DNA of 64,000 nucleotides from an uncultured Gammaproteobacteria bacterium (GTDB lineage Bacteria > Pseudomonadota > Gammaproteobacteria > GCA-002705445 > GCA-002716945). Position 1 is the stretch's first letter; every line of letters starts with the position of its first letter. Under the pieces are notes generated by a model. It was not told where the DNA came from and did no database searches. It saw nothing but the letters and a program-made list of their open reading frames with translations. Positions 1-14,009 of this stretch are shown here, piece by piece. The stretch spans positions 145,829 through 209,828 of the forward strand of contig CACEHM010000001.1 in the NCBI GenBank assembly GCA_902559355.1, in the 5' to 3' direction. The position numbers and the translations under genes were made by a program.

Positions 1-621
1 TAGCCTATATATTTTTTTATAATTATTATTTAAGAAGTTAAAAAAAGTTTTATTTTTAATTAAACCATACTTTATAACTTCTGCCATACCTGCGAGGAAT
101 TCTCTCTTTGGTAAAGATTTCAAGACAGAAGTATCTATTAAAACTAAATTTGGATGCTTAAATGATCCGATTAGGTTTTTGCCTAATTTATGATTTATAC
201 CACATTTACCTCCTATTGATGAGTCCACTTGAGATAACAATGTTGTAGGAATATGTATCAATGAAACTCCTCTCATAAACGTATCTGCAGCAAATGCTAC
301 CAAATCACCAATAACACCCCCACCTAATGCAACAATAGTTAGAGATCTGTCATAGTGATTTTTTACAAGGAAGTCATATATTTTTTTTAATGTTTCATTG
401 TTTTTGTACTTTTCACCATCTGGTAATACAAGCGAATTAACTTTATATTCTTTGAAGAGTCTCTTTGTTTTATTCAAATACAGCTTACCAACCTTTGTAT
501 TGGTTATTATTAACACATCTTTATTGAAAAGATATTTAGAGATTTCAAAATTATTTAAAATACCATTCCCGACATATATCGGCACATTTGTATTTGATGT
601 CTTTAGATTTATTTTTTTCAT
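1..621 (-). CDS. aroB: 3-dehydroquinate synthase (3' end beyond window)
   Basis: Manual translation from ATG at 621: MKKINLKT...LPDGEKYK...ALGGGVIGDLVAFAADTFMRG...IPTTLLSQVDSSIGGKCGINH..GKNLIGSF...AGMAEVIKYG; lies directly after aroK. Confidence 0.96.
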   Translation of the reverse strand, partial: MKKINLKTSNTNVPIYVGNGILNNFEISKYLFNKDVLIITNTKVGKLYLNKTKRLFKEYKVNSLVLPDGEKYKNNETLKKIYDFLVKNHYDRSLTIVALGGGVIGDLVAFAADTFMRGVSLIHIPTTLLSQVDSSIGGKCGINHKLGKNLIGSFKHPNLVLIDTSVLKSLPKREFLAGMAEVIKYGLIKNKTFFNFLNNNYKKIYRL

Positions 622-1127
622 TTAATTCATTTTCAACTTATCAATAATACTAGATATTACATCTTCTTTACTCAAATATGAAACGTCGACTTCAATATCA
701 GAAGTTTTTTTATAAATTGGATTTCTTGTTTTATCAAGATTTTCTAAAGTTGCTTTTATATCTTTATTTTCTAGTAAGGGTCTATGAGATCTATTTTTAA
801 TTCTCTCATATTGAGCATCCAATGATATTTTTAGGTATATGACACAACCATTAGTGAATATTTTTTGATTTTTATCTCTTAAGATTGCTCCACCACCAGT
901 TGAAATTACGAATTCTTTGAATCTAGAGTATTTTTCTAAAGTTACGGATTCTTTATCTCTAAAATATTCCTCATTATATTTTTTGAAAATATCTGTTACT
1001 GACATGCCTTCATTATGCTCAATTGTTTTATCTAAGTCATAATGAGGCAAGTGAAGTTTCTTAGCTAGCAGACGACCTATACTTGACTTGCCTGAGCCCA
1101 TTGAACCTATCATATAAATTTTATTAT

Positions 1128-1131
<4 letters not shown>
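622..1131 (-). CDS. aroK: shikimate kinase
   Basis: Walker A GSMGSGKSS, EEYFR, ISTGGGA, RPLL. Confidence 0.96.
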
Positions 1132-3589
<2,458 letters not shown>

Positions 3590-3623
3590 TTATTAGTATT
3601 TAGCGATATTTTGGGAAAAAGCT

Positions 3624-4076
3624 TTAGCTTAATAATTTCTTTATAAATGAACTGACAAGCGACATATCAACAGTATCACCATGGTTATTTTTAATCATCC
3701 CCATAGCTTTACCCATTTCTTTGATAGATGTAATGCCTAACTCAGTTATTATTTTTTTTACAAGTTCCTCAGTTTCCACTTCACCAAGAACTTCAGGTAA
3801 GTATGTACTTAATAAATCCATTTCTTTTTTTTCTTTATCTGCTAGCTCTTGCCTGCTTGCATTCATAAACTGATCGTATGAATCTTTATTTCTCTTAATC
3901 ATAGATTTAAGTACTTTAATAACTTCTGAATCATTAAGTACAATATTTTTATCTTTTTCTTCTTTATTTATAAAAGACAGAGCAAATCTTAAAGTTGAGG
4001 AATCTTCTTTGTTACCCTCTTTTAGATATTTTATTTGATCGCTTTGGATACTATCTTTGATAGCCGATTTTGACAT
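3624..4076 (-). CDS. yqeY: GatB/YqeY domain protein
   Basis: ADKEKKEMDLLSTYLP, IKEMGKAMG; typical position after rpsU. Confidence 0.88.
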   Translation of the reverse strand: MSKSAIKDSIQSDQIKYLKEGNKEDSSTLRFALSFINKEEKDKNIVLNDSEVIKVLKSMIKRNKDSYDQFMNASRQELADKEKKEMDLLSTYLPEVLGEVETEELVKKIITELGITSIKEMGKAMGMIKNNHGDTVDMSLVSSFIKKLLS

Positions 4077-4082
4077 TAGAAA

Positions 4083-4307
4083 CTAGAATTTTTTATAAGG
4101 AGGCTTTTTTCTTAGTGTGTCCATACTAACTTTTCTTTTACATCTTTTTGTAGCAGCAGCAACTTTCCTTTTTCTCATTGCTGTTGGCTTTTCGTAAAAT
4201 TCTCTGCGACGTGTTTCTGTTAAGATTCCTGCTTTTTCACAACCTCTTTTGAATCGTCTCAGTGCGATTTCAAATGGTTCATTATCTCTTACTTGTACAC
4301 TTGGCAT
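4083..4307 (-). CDS. rpsU: 30S ribosomal protein S21
   Basis: [18 protein letters not shown]...[10 protein letters not shown]. Confidence 0.98.
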   Translation of the reverse strand: MPSVQVRDNEPFEIALRRFKRGCEKAGILTETRRREFYEKPTAMRKRKVAAATKRCKRKVSMDTLRKKPPYKKF

Positions 4308-4386
4308 ATAAATCCTTATTTACTTAAATATTGCGTAATATTACTTGATATTGTTTATAAAGCAAGTTTTAACTTATAATACGACC

Positions 4387-5376
4387 ATGAATACATTAGG
4401 CATAGAATCATCATGTGACGATACAGGACTGGCAATTATCAATTCAGATGGCCAAATCATAAATCACATTACAAGTTCACAACATGAAATTCATGCAAAA
4501 TATGGAGGTATTGTTCCTGAGTTAGCATCTAGAGATCACGTTAAAAAATTCATACCATTACTTCAGGTTCTTCTAGAAAAGAGTGCTATGACAATGGATG
4601 ATATCAATATGATCGCATTTACAAATGGACCTGGTTTGTTAGGACCTCTCTTAGCAGGGGCATCTTTGGCAAAAACTCTTGGCTGGAGTAACAACATACC
4701 AACAATTGAAGTTAATCATCTCGAGGCACATATATACTCTCCAATGATTACTGAAAAAAATCTAAAGCCACCTTTCATATCACTTCTTGTGTCTGGAGGG
4801 CATACTATATTGTCTTCAGTAGATGATAATTTTCATATTACAACACTCGGTTCGACATTAGATGATTCTGCAGGTGAATGTTTTGATAAAATAGCTAGGA
4901 AATTGAATTTAGGTTATCCAGGAGGACCAGAGATTTCGAAAAGATCTGAATTATCAAACAATAATAAATTTATATTCCCAAGACCAATGATTAAAAGTAA
5001 TGATTATAATTTTAGTTTCAGCGGTCTAAAGACGCATGTAATTAATACCATTCATAAATTAGAGCTTACAGATGAACATATCAATAATATTTCATATGAA
5101 GTACAAAGTGCTATTGTAGATACGTTAATTTCAAAGTCTGTAGAAGCATCAAAAAATCTTGATATAAAAAATATTGTAATAACAGGTGGTGTAAGTGCAA
5201 ATCAAAAACTTAGAAAAGATTTCTCATGCATTAAAAAATGTAAGGCTTATTTCCCAGACGTAAAGTTTAGTACAGACAATGGAGCTATGATTGCTTATGC
5301 AGGTTTTTTAAAAACAAATTCTTCTGACTTTAAAAAAAATTTCACAATCAAACCGAAACCTTCATTAACTCTCTAG
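4387..5376 (+). CDS. tsaD: tRNA N6-threonylcarbamoyltransferase TsaD; probable start ATG at 4387
   Basis: LGIESSCDDTG, GGIVPELASRDH, HLEAH, LLVSGGHT, STDNGAMIA; divergent from rpsU. Confidence 0.97.
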   Translation: MNTLGIESSCDDTGLAIINSDGQIINHITSSQHEIHAKYGGIVPELASRDHVKKFIPLLQVLLEKSAMTMDDINMIAFTNGPGLLGPLLAGASLAKTLGWSNNIPTIEVNHLEAHIYSPMITEKNLKPPFISLLVSGGHTILSSVDDNFHITTLGSTLDDSAGECFDKIARKLNLGYPGGPEISKRSELSNNNKFIFPRPMIKSNDYNFSFSGLKTHVINTIHKLELTDEHINNISYEVQSAIVDTLISKSVEASKNLDIKNIVITGGVSANQKLRKDFSCIKKCKAYFPDVKFSTDNGAMIAYAGFLKTNSSDFKKNFTIKPKPSLTL

Positions 5377-5934
5377 CATTTCTCTAATATTTTTATGATG
5401 ATTTAATAATATTATTATTGAATGGAGTATGGATAATAGAAAAAAATCCTGATTATTTGAAATAAAAAATGTTATCAAAGGTAAAAACAAAAAACTAATA
5501 ATTGCTGATAGACCAGATATTTTTTTTAATAAAAACACAAAGCCCCATGTAATTAATACAGCTAAACCTATTTGAAAATCTAAAGCTAAAACAAATCCAA
5601 ATGATGTGGCAACACCTTTGCCGCCTTTGAAATTATTAAATACAGAGAACATATGTCCTAATAATATAAATAATGAGAATATATAGGCAGTTACTAGATT
5701 TTGCTCAGCTAACAAGTAAATTGGAATAAACCCTTTTAAAAAATCACCTAGAAAAGTAAAAATACCTGGAAGAGGTCCAGCTATTCTATACATATTTGTT
5801 GCGCCTGGATTCATAGAACCTGATTTTCTTGGATCGGCAGTTCTCATGAACTTATAAACTATCAAGGCAAATGGTAACGAGCCAACTAAATAAAATATTA
5901 TGAAAATAATATAATACGTCGAATCTAGTTCCAT
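5365..5934 (-). CDS. plsY: glycerol-3-phosphate acyltransferase PlsY
   Basis: DPRKSGSMNPGATN, DFLKG, LGHMF, FKGGKGVAT. Confidence 0.95.
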   Translation of the reverse strand: MELDSTYYIIFIIFYLVGSLPFALIVYKFMRTADPRKSGSMNPGATNMYRIAGPLPGIFTFLGDFLKGFIPIYLLAEQNLVTAYIFSLFILLGHMFSVFNNFKGGKGVATSFGFVLALDFQIGLAVLITWGFVFLLKKISGLSAIISFLFLPLITFFISNNQDFFLLSILHSIIILLNHHKNIREMLES

Positions 5935-5976
5935 TTATAAAGCATACACTAGTGATTTGTATTATTCTAACTTGTA

Positions 5977-6672
5977 ATGTTAATAGAAAAATCACAAAAG
6001 ATTACTTTCATTCATGGATGGTTATTTGGCCCTTATATTTGGTCAGGCGTCACGGAATATTTTACAAATATAAAAAAACACAAATTAATATCACTTTCAG
6101 GCTATAGCTCAAAAAACACTGTTAATAATAAACAGATAGTTGAGAATTTGCTCAAATCAGCAATACAGGATGATATTATATTGAGTTATTCATACAGTGC
6201 TGCACTAATATTGTCTTCAAATAATCTGGTCTCTTGTAAAGGAACAGTAATATTAATAAATCCATTTTTTAAACCAAAAGAAAACAGCATTAGTGATTTT
6301 TATACAGACATTAAAATTGATTTTAAAAAAAATATAAGAAGATTTATTTACGACTGTGTAAAAAAGGGGGATGAGCAAACCAAGAGTAATTATCAAAGTT
6401 TACTTAAATTGTTTGAGAAAAATTATATACCATCTATGGAATCATTATGTTTAGATCTTCAATACTTAGAAAAGATAAATTTTCCTGATAAATTAAATAC
6501 ACCCTTAAAAAACTTACATATTATCCAGTCATCCTCTGATGAAGTAAATAATACAGATGTATTTAATATATTAGAGAGTAAAAAGTTTAATACCTATCGA
6601 CTTTTTAATAATTCTCATTTCCCTTTTTTTGAATTTGATGAAATATATGAGATTATTAAAAATATAAAATGA
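5977..6672 (+). CDS. divergent alpha/beta hydrolase, BioH-like (pimeloyl-ACP methyl ester esterase)
   Basis: N-terminal FIHGW, C-terminal SHFPF, overlaps bioC; nucleophile elbow is degenerate (SYSYSA). Confidence 0.6.
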   Translation: MLIEKSQKITFIHGWLFGPYIWSGVTEYFTNIKKHKLISLSGYSSKNTVNNKQIVENLLKSAIQDDIILSYSYSAALILSSNNLVSCKGTVILINPFFKPKENSISDFYTDIKIDFKKNIRRFIYDCVKKGDEQTKSNYQSLLKLFEKNYIPSMESLCLDLQYLEKINFPDKLNTPLKNLHIIQSSSDEVNNTDVFNILESKKFNTYRLFNNSHFPFFEFDEIYEIIKNIK

Positions 6673-7490
6673 CAAGTAACATAATTAAATCATTTTCAGA
6701 TAAAGCATATTCTTATGATTCTCAATCATTTGTTCAAAAAGATGTTAATAAGAGATTATTAAGTAGACTAGATTTAATAATGCATACAAAAAGAGACATT
6801 TTAGAAATTGGGTCTGGAACAGGGAATCTGTCAGATGAACTTAAAAAAAAATATACAAAAGCAAAAATTGTCTCTCTTGATCTTTCACATGAAATGTCAA
6901 AAATACATAAATCAAAAAATCCAAATGCAGACTGCATTACTGCAGCAGGGGAAAGTCCTCCATTTAAAGGAGAGTCGTTTGATACTATATTATCTAGCTT
7001 GACTCTTCACTGGTGTAAGGTTGATATAGATTTATTCTCGAGTTATTCAAACTTACTTAAACCAGAGGGACTTCTTTTATTTACTGTAGCAGGGCCAGAT
7101 ACATTTAAAGAGTTTAAAAAATGTCCTCTAGAAATATATAGTAAACTTAGATTTAACAGATTTTTAGATATGCATCACTACGGCGATTTTATGTTAAGTG
7201 CAAATTTTAAAGATCCTGTTGTTGATAATGAACTTATTACTCTCGAATTCTCATCATTCGAACAACTCCTAAAATCTTTAAGATTAACGGGCACTAATAT
7301 TACTAATGATAACCAAGCTCATCAAATCACTAAATCTGAGTATAAAAAAATTGAAGAAAGTTTATACAATAAAGAATCAAATTCATTTGAGCTTACATAT
7401 GAGGTAATATTTGGCTATGCTCTGAAACACCCTAAAACCCTTGATAAATCAAGTAAATTCATACAAATAAAAGAATTGAAAAAAGAGTAA
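6669..7490 (+). CDS. bioC: malonyl-ACP O-methyltransferase BioC-like
   Basis: ILEIGSGTG, SSLTLHW, LKPEGLLLF, FLDMHHYGD, LTYEVIFGYA. Confidence 0.85.
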   Translation: MTSNIIKSFSDKAYSYDSQSFVQKDVNKRLLSRLDLIMHTKRDILEIGSGTGNLSDELKKKYTKAKIVSLDLSHEMSKIHKSKNPNADCITAAGESPPFKGESFDTILSSLTLHWCKVDIDLFSSYSNLLKPEGLLLFTVAGPDTFKEFKKCPLEIYSKLRFNRFLDMHHYGDFMLSANFKDPVVDNELITLEFSSFEQLLKSLRLTGTNITNDNQAHQITKSEYKKIEESLYNKESNSFELTYEVIFGYALKHPKTLDKSSKFIQIKELKKE

Positions 7491-7587
7491 ATTAGAAATT
7501 CCATAAGTACTAATATTTTGCTAATATTGTCTTGCAAAGAGATGTTATTGAAGGATCAATAACCATGTATTTACAATAGGGAATGAA

Positions 7588-8388
7588 ATGAAGAGATTAT
7601 CAGTATTTCTAGTAACGATGTTAGCATCGCTAACAACAATGGCCGACTGGGAAGTCAATATGCCAAGAGGTGTAACGCCTACTGCAAATGCAGCATACGA
7701 CCTACACATGCTAATTTTCTACATCACAGTAGTCATTGGTATTGTGGTATTCGGTGTCATGTTCTATTCAATATTTCATCACAGAAAATCTAAGGGCGCT
7801 AAACCTGCATCATTTCATGAAAGCACAACCGTTGAAATTATATGGACCGTGATTCCTTTTGTGATATTGGTTGGTATGGCAATCCCTGCTACTAAAACAC
7901 TAATAATGATGGAAGATACAAGAAATTCAGAGATTACTCTCAAAGTCACTGGTTATCAATGGATGTGGAAATATGATTACGTCGAGGATGATGTAGCATT
8001 CTTCAGTAAATTAGATAGTGATAGCAATGAAGCCAGACAACTAGGGTCAAAAAAAGATGTTAATAAAGTTGATAACTACCTATTAAATGTAGACAACGAA
8101 GTAGTTCTTCCAACAGACACAAAAATTAGAATATTGTTAACAGCAAGTGACGTAATTCATGCGTGGTGGGTTCCAGAGCTTACTGGTAAAAAAGATGCTA
8201 TTCCAGGATACGTCAACGAATTATGGATAGATATTAAGAAACCCGGGGTTTATAGAGGGCAGTGCACAGAACTATGTGGAAAAGACCATGGCTTTATGCC
8301 AATCGTTGTTCGTGCAGTTCCAAAACAAGAATATACAAAATGGGTTTCTCTCAATCAGAAAAACCGCGTAGCTGATAAATCAAAATAA
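7588..8388 (+). CDS. coxB: cytochrome c oxidase subunit II (aa3 type)
   Basis: [20 protein letters not shown], CuA ligands DVIHAW and [12 protein letters not shown]. Confidence 0.97.
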   Translation: MKRLSVFLVTMLASLTTMADWEVNMPRGVTPTANAAYDLHMLIFYITVVIGIVVFGVMFYSIFHHRKSKGAKPASFHESTTVEIIWTVIPFVILVGMAIPATKTLIMMEDTRNSEITLKVTGYQWMWKYDYVEDDVAFFSKLDSDSNEARQLGSKKDVNKVDNYLLNVDNEVVLPTDTKIRILLTASDVIHAWWVPELTGKKDAIPGYVNELWIDIKKPGVYRGQCTELCGKDHGFMPIVVRAVPKQEYTKWVSLNQKNRVADKSK

Positions 8389-8398
8389 GGAAATTAAA

Positions 8399-9969
8399 AT
8401 GAGCGCAAATATAGATCATTTAAAAGAGGAACATCATCAGCCATCAGGCTTGATGAGATGGATAACTACTACTAATCATAAAGACATAGGATCACTATAC
8501 TTGTGGTTCAGTTTGTTAATGTTCTTTGTAGGCGGCCTAATGGCATTAATCATTCGTGCCGAACTATTTCAACCTGGGCTACAGTTTGTTGTACCTGGAT
8601 TTTTTAATCAAATGACGACCATGCATGCGTTGATAATGATATTCGGTGCAGTGATGCCTGCTTTTGTAGGACTAGCTAATTGGCAATTACCAATGATGAT
8701 CGGTGCACCTGATATGGCATTGCCGAGATTAAACAACTGGAGTTTTTGGATCCTGCCATTTGCATTTACCATGCTACTAAGCACTTTATTTTTTGAAAGT
8801 GGCGGACCAGCTGCTGGGTGGACACTGTATCCACCATTATCTTTACAAGGCGGAAACTCGATGCCTTTCGTTATATTTTCACTTCATCTACTAGGAGCAT
8901 CATCAATTCTTGGAGCTATAAATGTAATTGCTACCATTCTTAATATGAGAGCGCCTGGTATGACTTTAATGAAAATGCCTATTTTTGTATGGACATGGTT
9001 AATAACAGCATTTTTATTAATCGCATCTATGCCTGTATTAGCCGGTGCAATAACTATGCTTCTGACAGATCGTTTCTATGGTACTAGTTTCTTTACTGCA
9101 GCAGGCGGTGGGGATCCAGTTTTATTTCAACACATTTTTTGGTTCTTTGGTCATCCTGAAGTATATATCTTAATTCTTCCTGCTTTTGGAATTGTCTCTA
9201 CAATCATACCTGCTTTTTCAAGAAAGAAGCTTTTCGGTTACGATTCAATGGTTTACGCTACAGCATCCATCGCGCTACTTTCATTTATAGTATGGGCACA
9301 TCATATGTTCACTGTAGGTATGCCGCTTGCTGGAGAAATATTTTTTATGTTTACAACAATGTTAATTGCTGTACCTACTGGAGTAAAAGTATTTAATTGG
9401 GTTGCTACCATGTGGAAAGGCTCTATGACGTTCGAGACACCTATGCTGTTTGCTCTTGCATTTATAATTCTATTCACAATAGGTGGATTCTCAGGATTAA
9501 TGCTAGCTATAACACCAGCTGATTTTCAATATCATGATACATATTTTGTAGTGGCGCATTTTCACTACGTGCTCGTGCCTGGAGCTGTGTTTGCTATTAT
9601 TGCTGCAGTATATTATTGGCTACCTAAGTGGACTGGCAAAATGTACAACGAAACTTTAGGTAAAGTTCATTTCTGGATGACCACAATATTTGTCAATATT
9701 ACATTTTTCCCAATGCATTTTGTTGGGTTAGCGGGTATGCCGAGAAGGATACCAGATTATGCTGTACAGTTTACTGACTTTAATATGATTGCTTCTGTAG
9801 GCGCATTTGGTTTTGGTTTATCACAGCTATTATTTGTATACATACTATTCTTAACATTAAAACAGCCTGTGACTGCAGAAGACAAATCATGGGAAGGAGC
9901 GGAAGGCCTAGAATGGACATTACCATCTCCAGCGCCATATCACTCATTTGATACACCGCCAAAAGTTGA

Positions 9970-9973
<4 letters not shown>
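8399..9973 (+). CDS. coxA: cytochrome c oxidase subunit I (A1 type)
   Basis: [30 protein letters not shown]. Confidence 0.98.
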
Positions 9974-10505
<532 letters not shown>

Positions 10506-10509
<4 letters not shown>

Positions 10510-11363
10510 GCGGATCATCATATTATGTACCGCATGAGACTAAGTGGCCTTTTCTTGCAACGGTAGCTCTAATAATCATGTTCATAGGCTTGGCAAACTA
10601 TATGAATGATGAGTCAAACCTAACCCTAACTTATACTGGCTTAGCGCTATTACTGCTTGTTGTTTACGGATGGTTTTCATATGTGGTGAACGAGAGTGAA
10701 GGTGGTTTATATGACGCTCAAGTTGATATGTCTTTCAGATGGGGCATGGCATGGTTCATCTTTTCAGAAGTTATGTTCTTTGCTGCTTTCTTTGGCGCTT
10801 TGTACTATGCAAGAGAATTATCTTTACCATGGTTAGCTGGCGAGGGAAGCAAAGTTAGCACCAACCAAGAATTATGGCCCACATTTGAAAATGTGTGGCC
10901 ATCAAACGGTCCTGCAAATGTTGGGGGTGAGTTTATAGTTATGAAGGCTGCAGGTATCCCAGCACTTAACACAATCATATTACTAATTAGTGGCTTGACC
11001 GTAACTTGGGCACATCACGGTCTAAAAGAAGGTAAAAGAAATCAATTGATACTTGGATTGACCGCAACCGTTCTACTAGGCTTCATTTTTGTAGGTTTTC
11101 AAGCATATGAATACTCACATGCATATAATGATTTAAATCTTAAAATGACATCAGGAATGTATGGATCAACATTCTATATGCTGACAGGATTCCATGGTTT
11201 CCATGTAACACTTGGTGCGATAATGTTAACGGTTATTTTATTCAGGTGCATCAGAGGACATTTTACTAACGAGAATCATTTTGGTTTTGAAGCTGTAGCG
11301 TGGTATTGGCACTTTGTTGATGTTGTATGGCTGGGTCTATTTGTATTTGTTTACTGGCTGTGA
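10506..11363 (+). CDS. coxC: cytochrome c oxidase subunit III
   Basis: WFIFSEVMFF, TGFHGFHV, WYWHFVDVVW. Confidence 0.97.
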
Positions 11364-11564
11364 TCACAAGCTATTAGGTTCAATTAAATCTGCATAATAC
11401 CCAATTATAAGTAAAGCAAAAAGCAATAGAGAAAGCACAATTCTTGTCTTTAGGGATGCAAGTCCTCTTTTAGACGAGGATTTATCTTTAAGTATATATA
11501 CAAAACCCATGACTAGGTTATATATAATTAATATTAACAATATGATGACCGCATATTTAAACAT
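11364..11564 (-). CDS. small two-helix membrane protein (DUF2909-like)
   Basis: Two hydrophobic helices, SLKTRIVLS; usual antisense position between coxC and SURF1. Confidence 0.8.
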   Translation of the reverse strand: MFKYAVIILLILIIYNLVMGFVYILKDKSSSKRGLASLKTRIVLSLLLFALLIIGYYADLIEPNSL

Positions 11565-11584
11565 ATACTCATGTTAACACTTGT

Positions 11585-12265
11585 ATGATAAATATATTTA
11601 AAAACTTGAGCTTGATTCTATTAGTTGTAACCTGCTTTTATTTAGGCCTGTGGCAATTAGATAGAGCCGAGGAAAAGTTAGCAATTCAGACTGATTTTCA
11701 ATCACAGATTAACGAAAAGCCTGTAAATATAAATTTTTTATCAGCGGAGCCTGCTAGATACAAAAAAATTTTTGCAGAAGGCTCATTCATAGAACCATAT
11801 TTTTTACTAGATAATATAGTTTATAATCGCAAGGCTGGTTATTATGTTATTTCGCCATTTCTAGTAGACGAAAAAATCCTCCTGGTAAATAGAGGTTGGG
11901 TAGATAATTACTCAAGACAAAAATATCCTGTTATAGATACACCAAAAGAAGATATGATTATTAACGGATATATCAAATATCCTATGAAACTCTTAGAGTT
12001 AACTTCTGAGAATATTTCACTTAAGGAACCTTATGTGATACAAAACATCAATATAAATCAAATTTCAGATATTATAAAAAAAGAAATATTCCCATTCATT
12101 GTAAATATTAGTGAATCTAATAATTTTTCGTATAAACATATTCCCGAGAAAAATGAAAAAAGTCATCTTAAACATTACATGTATGCTGGACAATGGTTTT
12201 TGTTTACAATAATTGGTATATTTTTTTTAATCATTTTGAATAGGAAGAGTAATGGGAAAAATTAA
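11585..12265 (+). CDS. SURF1/Shy1 family oxidase assembly protein
   Basis: LGLWQLDRAEEK, LLVNRGWV, HYMYAGQWF. Confidence 0.93.
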   Translation: MINIFKNLSLILLVVTCFYLGLWQLDRAEEKLAIQTDFQSQINEKPVNINFLSAEPARYKKIFAEGSFIEPYFLLDNIVYNRKAGYYVISPFLVDEKILLVNRGWVDNYSRQKYPVIDTPKEDMIINGYIKYPMKLLELTSENISLKEPYVIQNININQISDIIKKEIFPFIVNISESNNFSYKHIPEKNEKSHLKHYMYAGQWFLFTIIGIFFLIILNRKSNGKN

Positions 12266-12767
12266 ATTTCTTTTAATCGTATCGGTATTTCTGGCGCCGT
12301 TCATATTTGCCCAATACTTTTCTATGAATAATGCTACTGATACAAGGGGGACTACAAACCATGGTGTATTCCTCTCTGAAGAAATTAATATTACACCCCA
12401 AAAACTGTCTGAAGATGAGCACTGGATAATACTTCAAGTAATGCCAACGATTTGTGACAAAAAATGCCAGGAAAACACCCATATGTTGAGACAAATTAAT
12501 ACAGCTCTTGGCAAAGATATGGGTAGAGTAGCTAGATATATTCTCCATCAAGAAAATTCACCTGAAATCTACAATTATCTAAATAACTATCCAAAAGTTA
12601 TTGTTTTAGAAAACTCAGAAAGTCTCTATAATAAACTAACTAAAATGGAAGAAGGAATATTTATCGCAGATCCTTTTGGGAAAATTATCTTAGGCTATAA
12701 ACAGGACTTTGTGGCAAAAGGATTTCTTAAGGACTTAAAAAAGCTTTTAAAATATTCGAAGATATAG
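12252..12767 (+). CDS. conserved cox-operon membrane-anchored protein (SCO-like CxxxC)
   Basis: N-terminal TM helix, TNHG, CDKKC, ALGKDMGRV, IADPFG, KDLKKLLKYS. Confidence 0.75.
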   Translation: MGKIKFLLIVSVFLAPFIFAQYFSMNNATDTRGTTNHGVFLSEEINITPQKLSEDEHWIILQVMPTICDKKCQENTHMLRQINTALGKDMGRVARYILHQENSPEIYNYLNNYPKVIVLENSESLYNKLTKMEEGIFIADPFGKIILGYKQDFVAKGFLKDLKKLLKYSKI

Positions 12768-12770
12768 ATT

Positions 12771-13775
12771 ATGGATGATTTAAAAATTTCTAAGCTGAGT
12801 TATATTGGTGCCTTATTTACGCTTTTTGTAATTTCCTTAGGTGCGTGGGTAAGACTTACTGATGCTGGATTAGGTTGCCCTGATTGGCCAGGTTGTTATG
12901 GGTTACTTACAACACCTGATACCGCTGATGAACTTGCCAAGGCAAAAGAGTTTTATCCGAATGCAGATATAGATGTAGGAAAAGCATGGAGAGAAATGTT
13001 ACATAGGTACATGGCCGGTCTACTTGGTTTATATGTATTCTTCATTACTTATATTTCTATAAAATATTCAAACAAGAATTACACACTTCCGATTTTAATA
13101 TCTATACTAATCATTATTCAGGCTATAATGGGAATGTTGACAGTTACAATGCTAGTTAAACCCACAATTGTAACAACACACTTATTTTTTGGAATGCTCA
13201 CAGCCACCTTGTTATTTATAAATGGCCTCAAATACTCAAATATGAATATATCTTCTCAAAGGATTCCAACTTTTACTGTAGCTATAATTTCAGTAACTTG
13301 GATATTTTTAATTTTACAAATCTTACTTGGTGGATGGACGAGCACCAATTATGCTTCTTTAGCATGTACAGATTTTCCAAAATGTCTCGATCAGTGGTAT
13401 CCAAAAGAAATGATATTTGGGGATGCATTTAAGCTCGTTGACCTCCCAGATGTAAATTATGAGGGAGGAATCTTGGCTTATGGCGCAAAGGTCGCTATTC
13501 ATTACTCACATAGAGTCACAGCTTTAATACTAACATTTGTTTTTGTTTCTGCACTATATGTTGTATATAAATTAAATGATCACAGTGTTTTAAAAAAACT
13601 AATGAGCGTAAGTATAATATTCTTTTTACTGCAAATTATTCTTGGCATTTCAAACGTAGTTTATAGTTTACCACTCAATATTGCAGTCTGGCATACTATG
13701 AATGCCGCAATATTGATGGCGCTAATATCAAGCGCACTTTACTATTGTCTGGTATCATTCTACAAGACAAGATAA
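12771..13775 (+). CDS. ctaA: heme A synthase (COX15/CtaA)
   Basis: LGAWVRLTDAGLGCPDWPGC, EMLHRY, LACTDFPKC, HYSHR. Confidence 0.95.
   Translation: MDDLKISKLSYIGALFTLFVISLGAWVRLTDAGLGCPDWPGCYGLLTTPDTADELAKAKEFYPNADIDVGKAWREMLHRYMAGLLGLYVFFITYISIKYSNKNYTLPILISILIIIQAIMGMLTVTMLVKPTIVTTHLFFGMLTATLLFINGLKYSNMNISSQRIPTFTVAIISVTWIFLILQILLGGWTSTNYASLACTDFPKCLDQWYPKEMIFGDAFKLVDLPDVNYEGGILAYGAKVAIHYSHRVTALILTFVFVSALYVVYKLNDHSVLKKLMSVSIIFFLLQIILGISNVVYSLPLNIAVWHTMNAAILMALISSALYYCLVSFYKTR
13747..13775 (+). repeat. direct repeat copy 1 (3' end of ctaA)
   Basis: GTCTGGTATCATTCTACAAGACAAGATAA; 27/29 identical to 14226-14254. Confidence 0.9.
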
Positions 13776-13823
13776 TGTGGAAGTAATGAACAATGTATAC
13801 CTGAACCAACAAGGGAATAAAAT

Positions 13824-14009
13824 ATGAGTGAACAAGGACCAAATGGGAGGCCAAAACCTGACTTATTAAAATCTGCATTAGAAATAGTTTTTGTTACGAT
13901 TTTTATCCCCGCACTTGTTGTCGGCATAATCATATTTTCAGTAGAGGATTTTGCACTATTTAACGCCATGGAACCTCTTATATTGGAGTGGTGGAGAGAA
14001 TTGTTTTAA
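13824..14009 (+). CDS. small single-TM hypothetical protein (61 aa)
   Basis: RBS-like AAGGGA upstream; hydrophobic IVFVTIFIPALVVGIIIFSV; C-terminal EWWRELF. Confidence 0.65.
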   Translation: MSEQGPNGRPKPDLLKSALEIVFVTIFIPALVVGIIIFSVEDFALFNAMEPLILEWWRELF

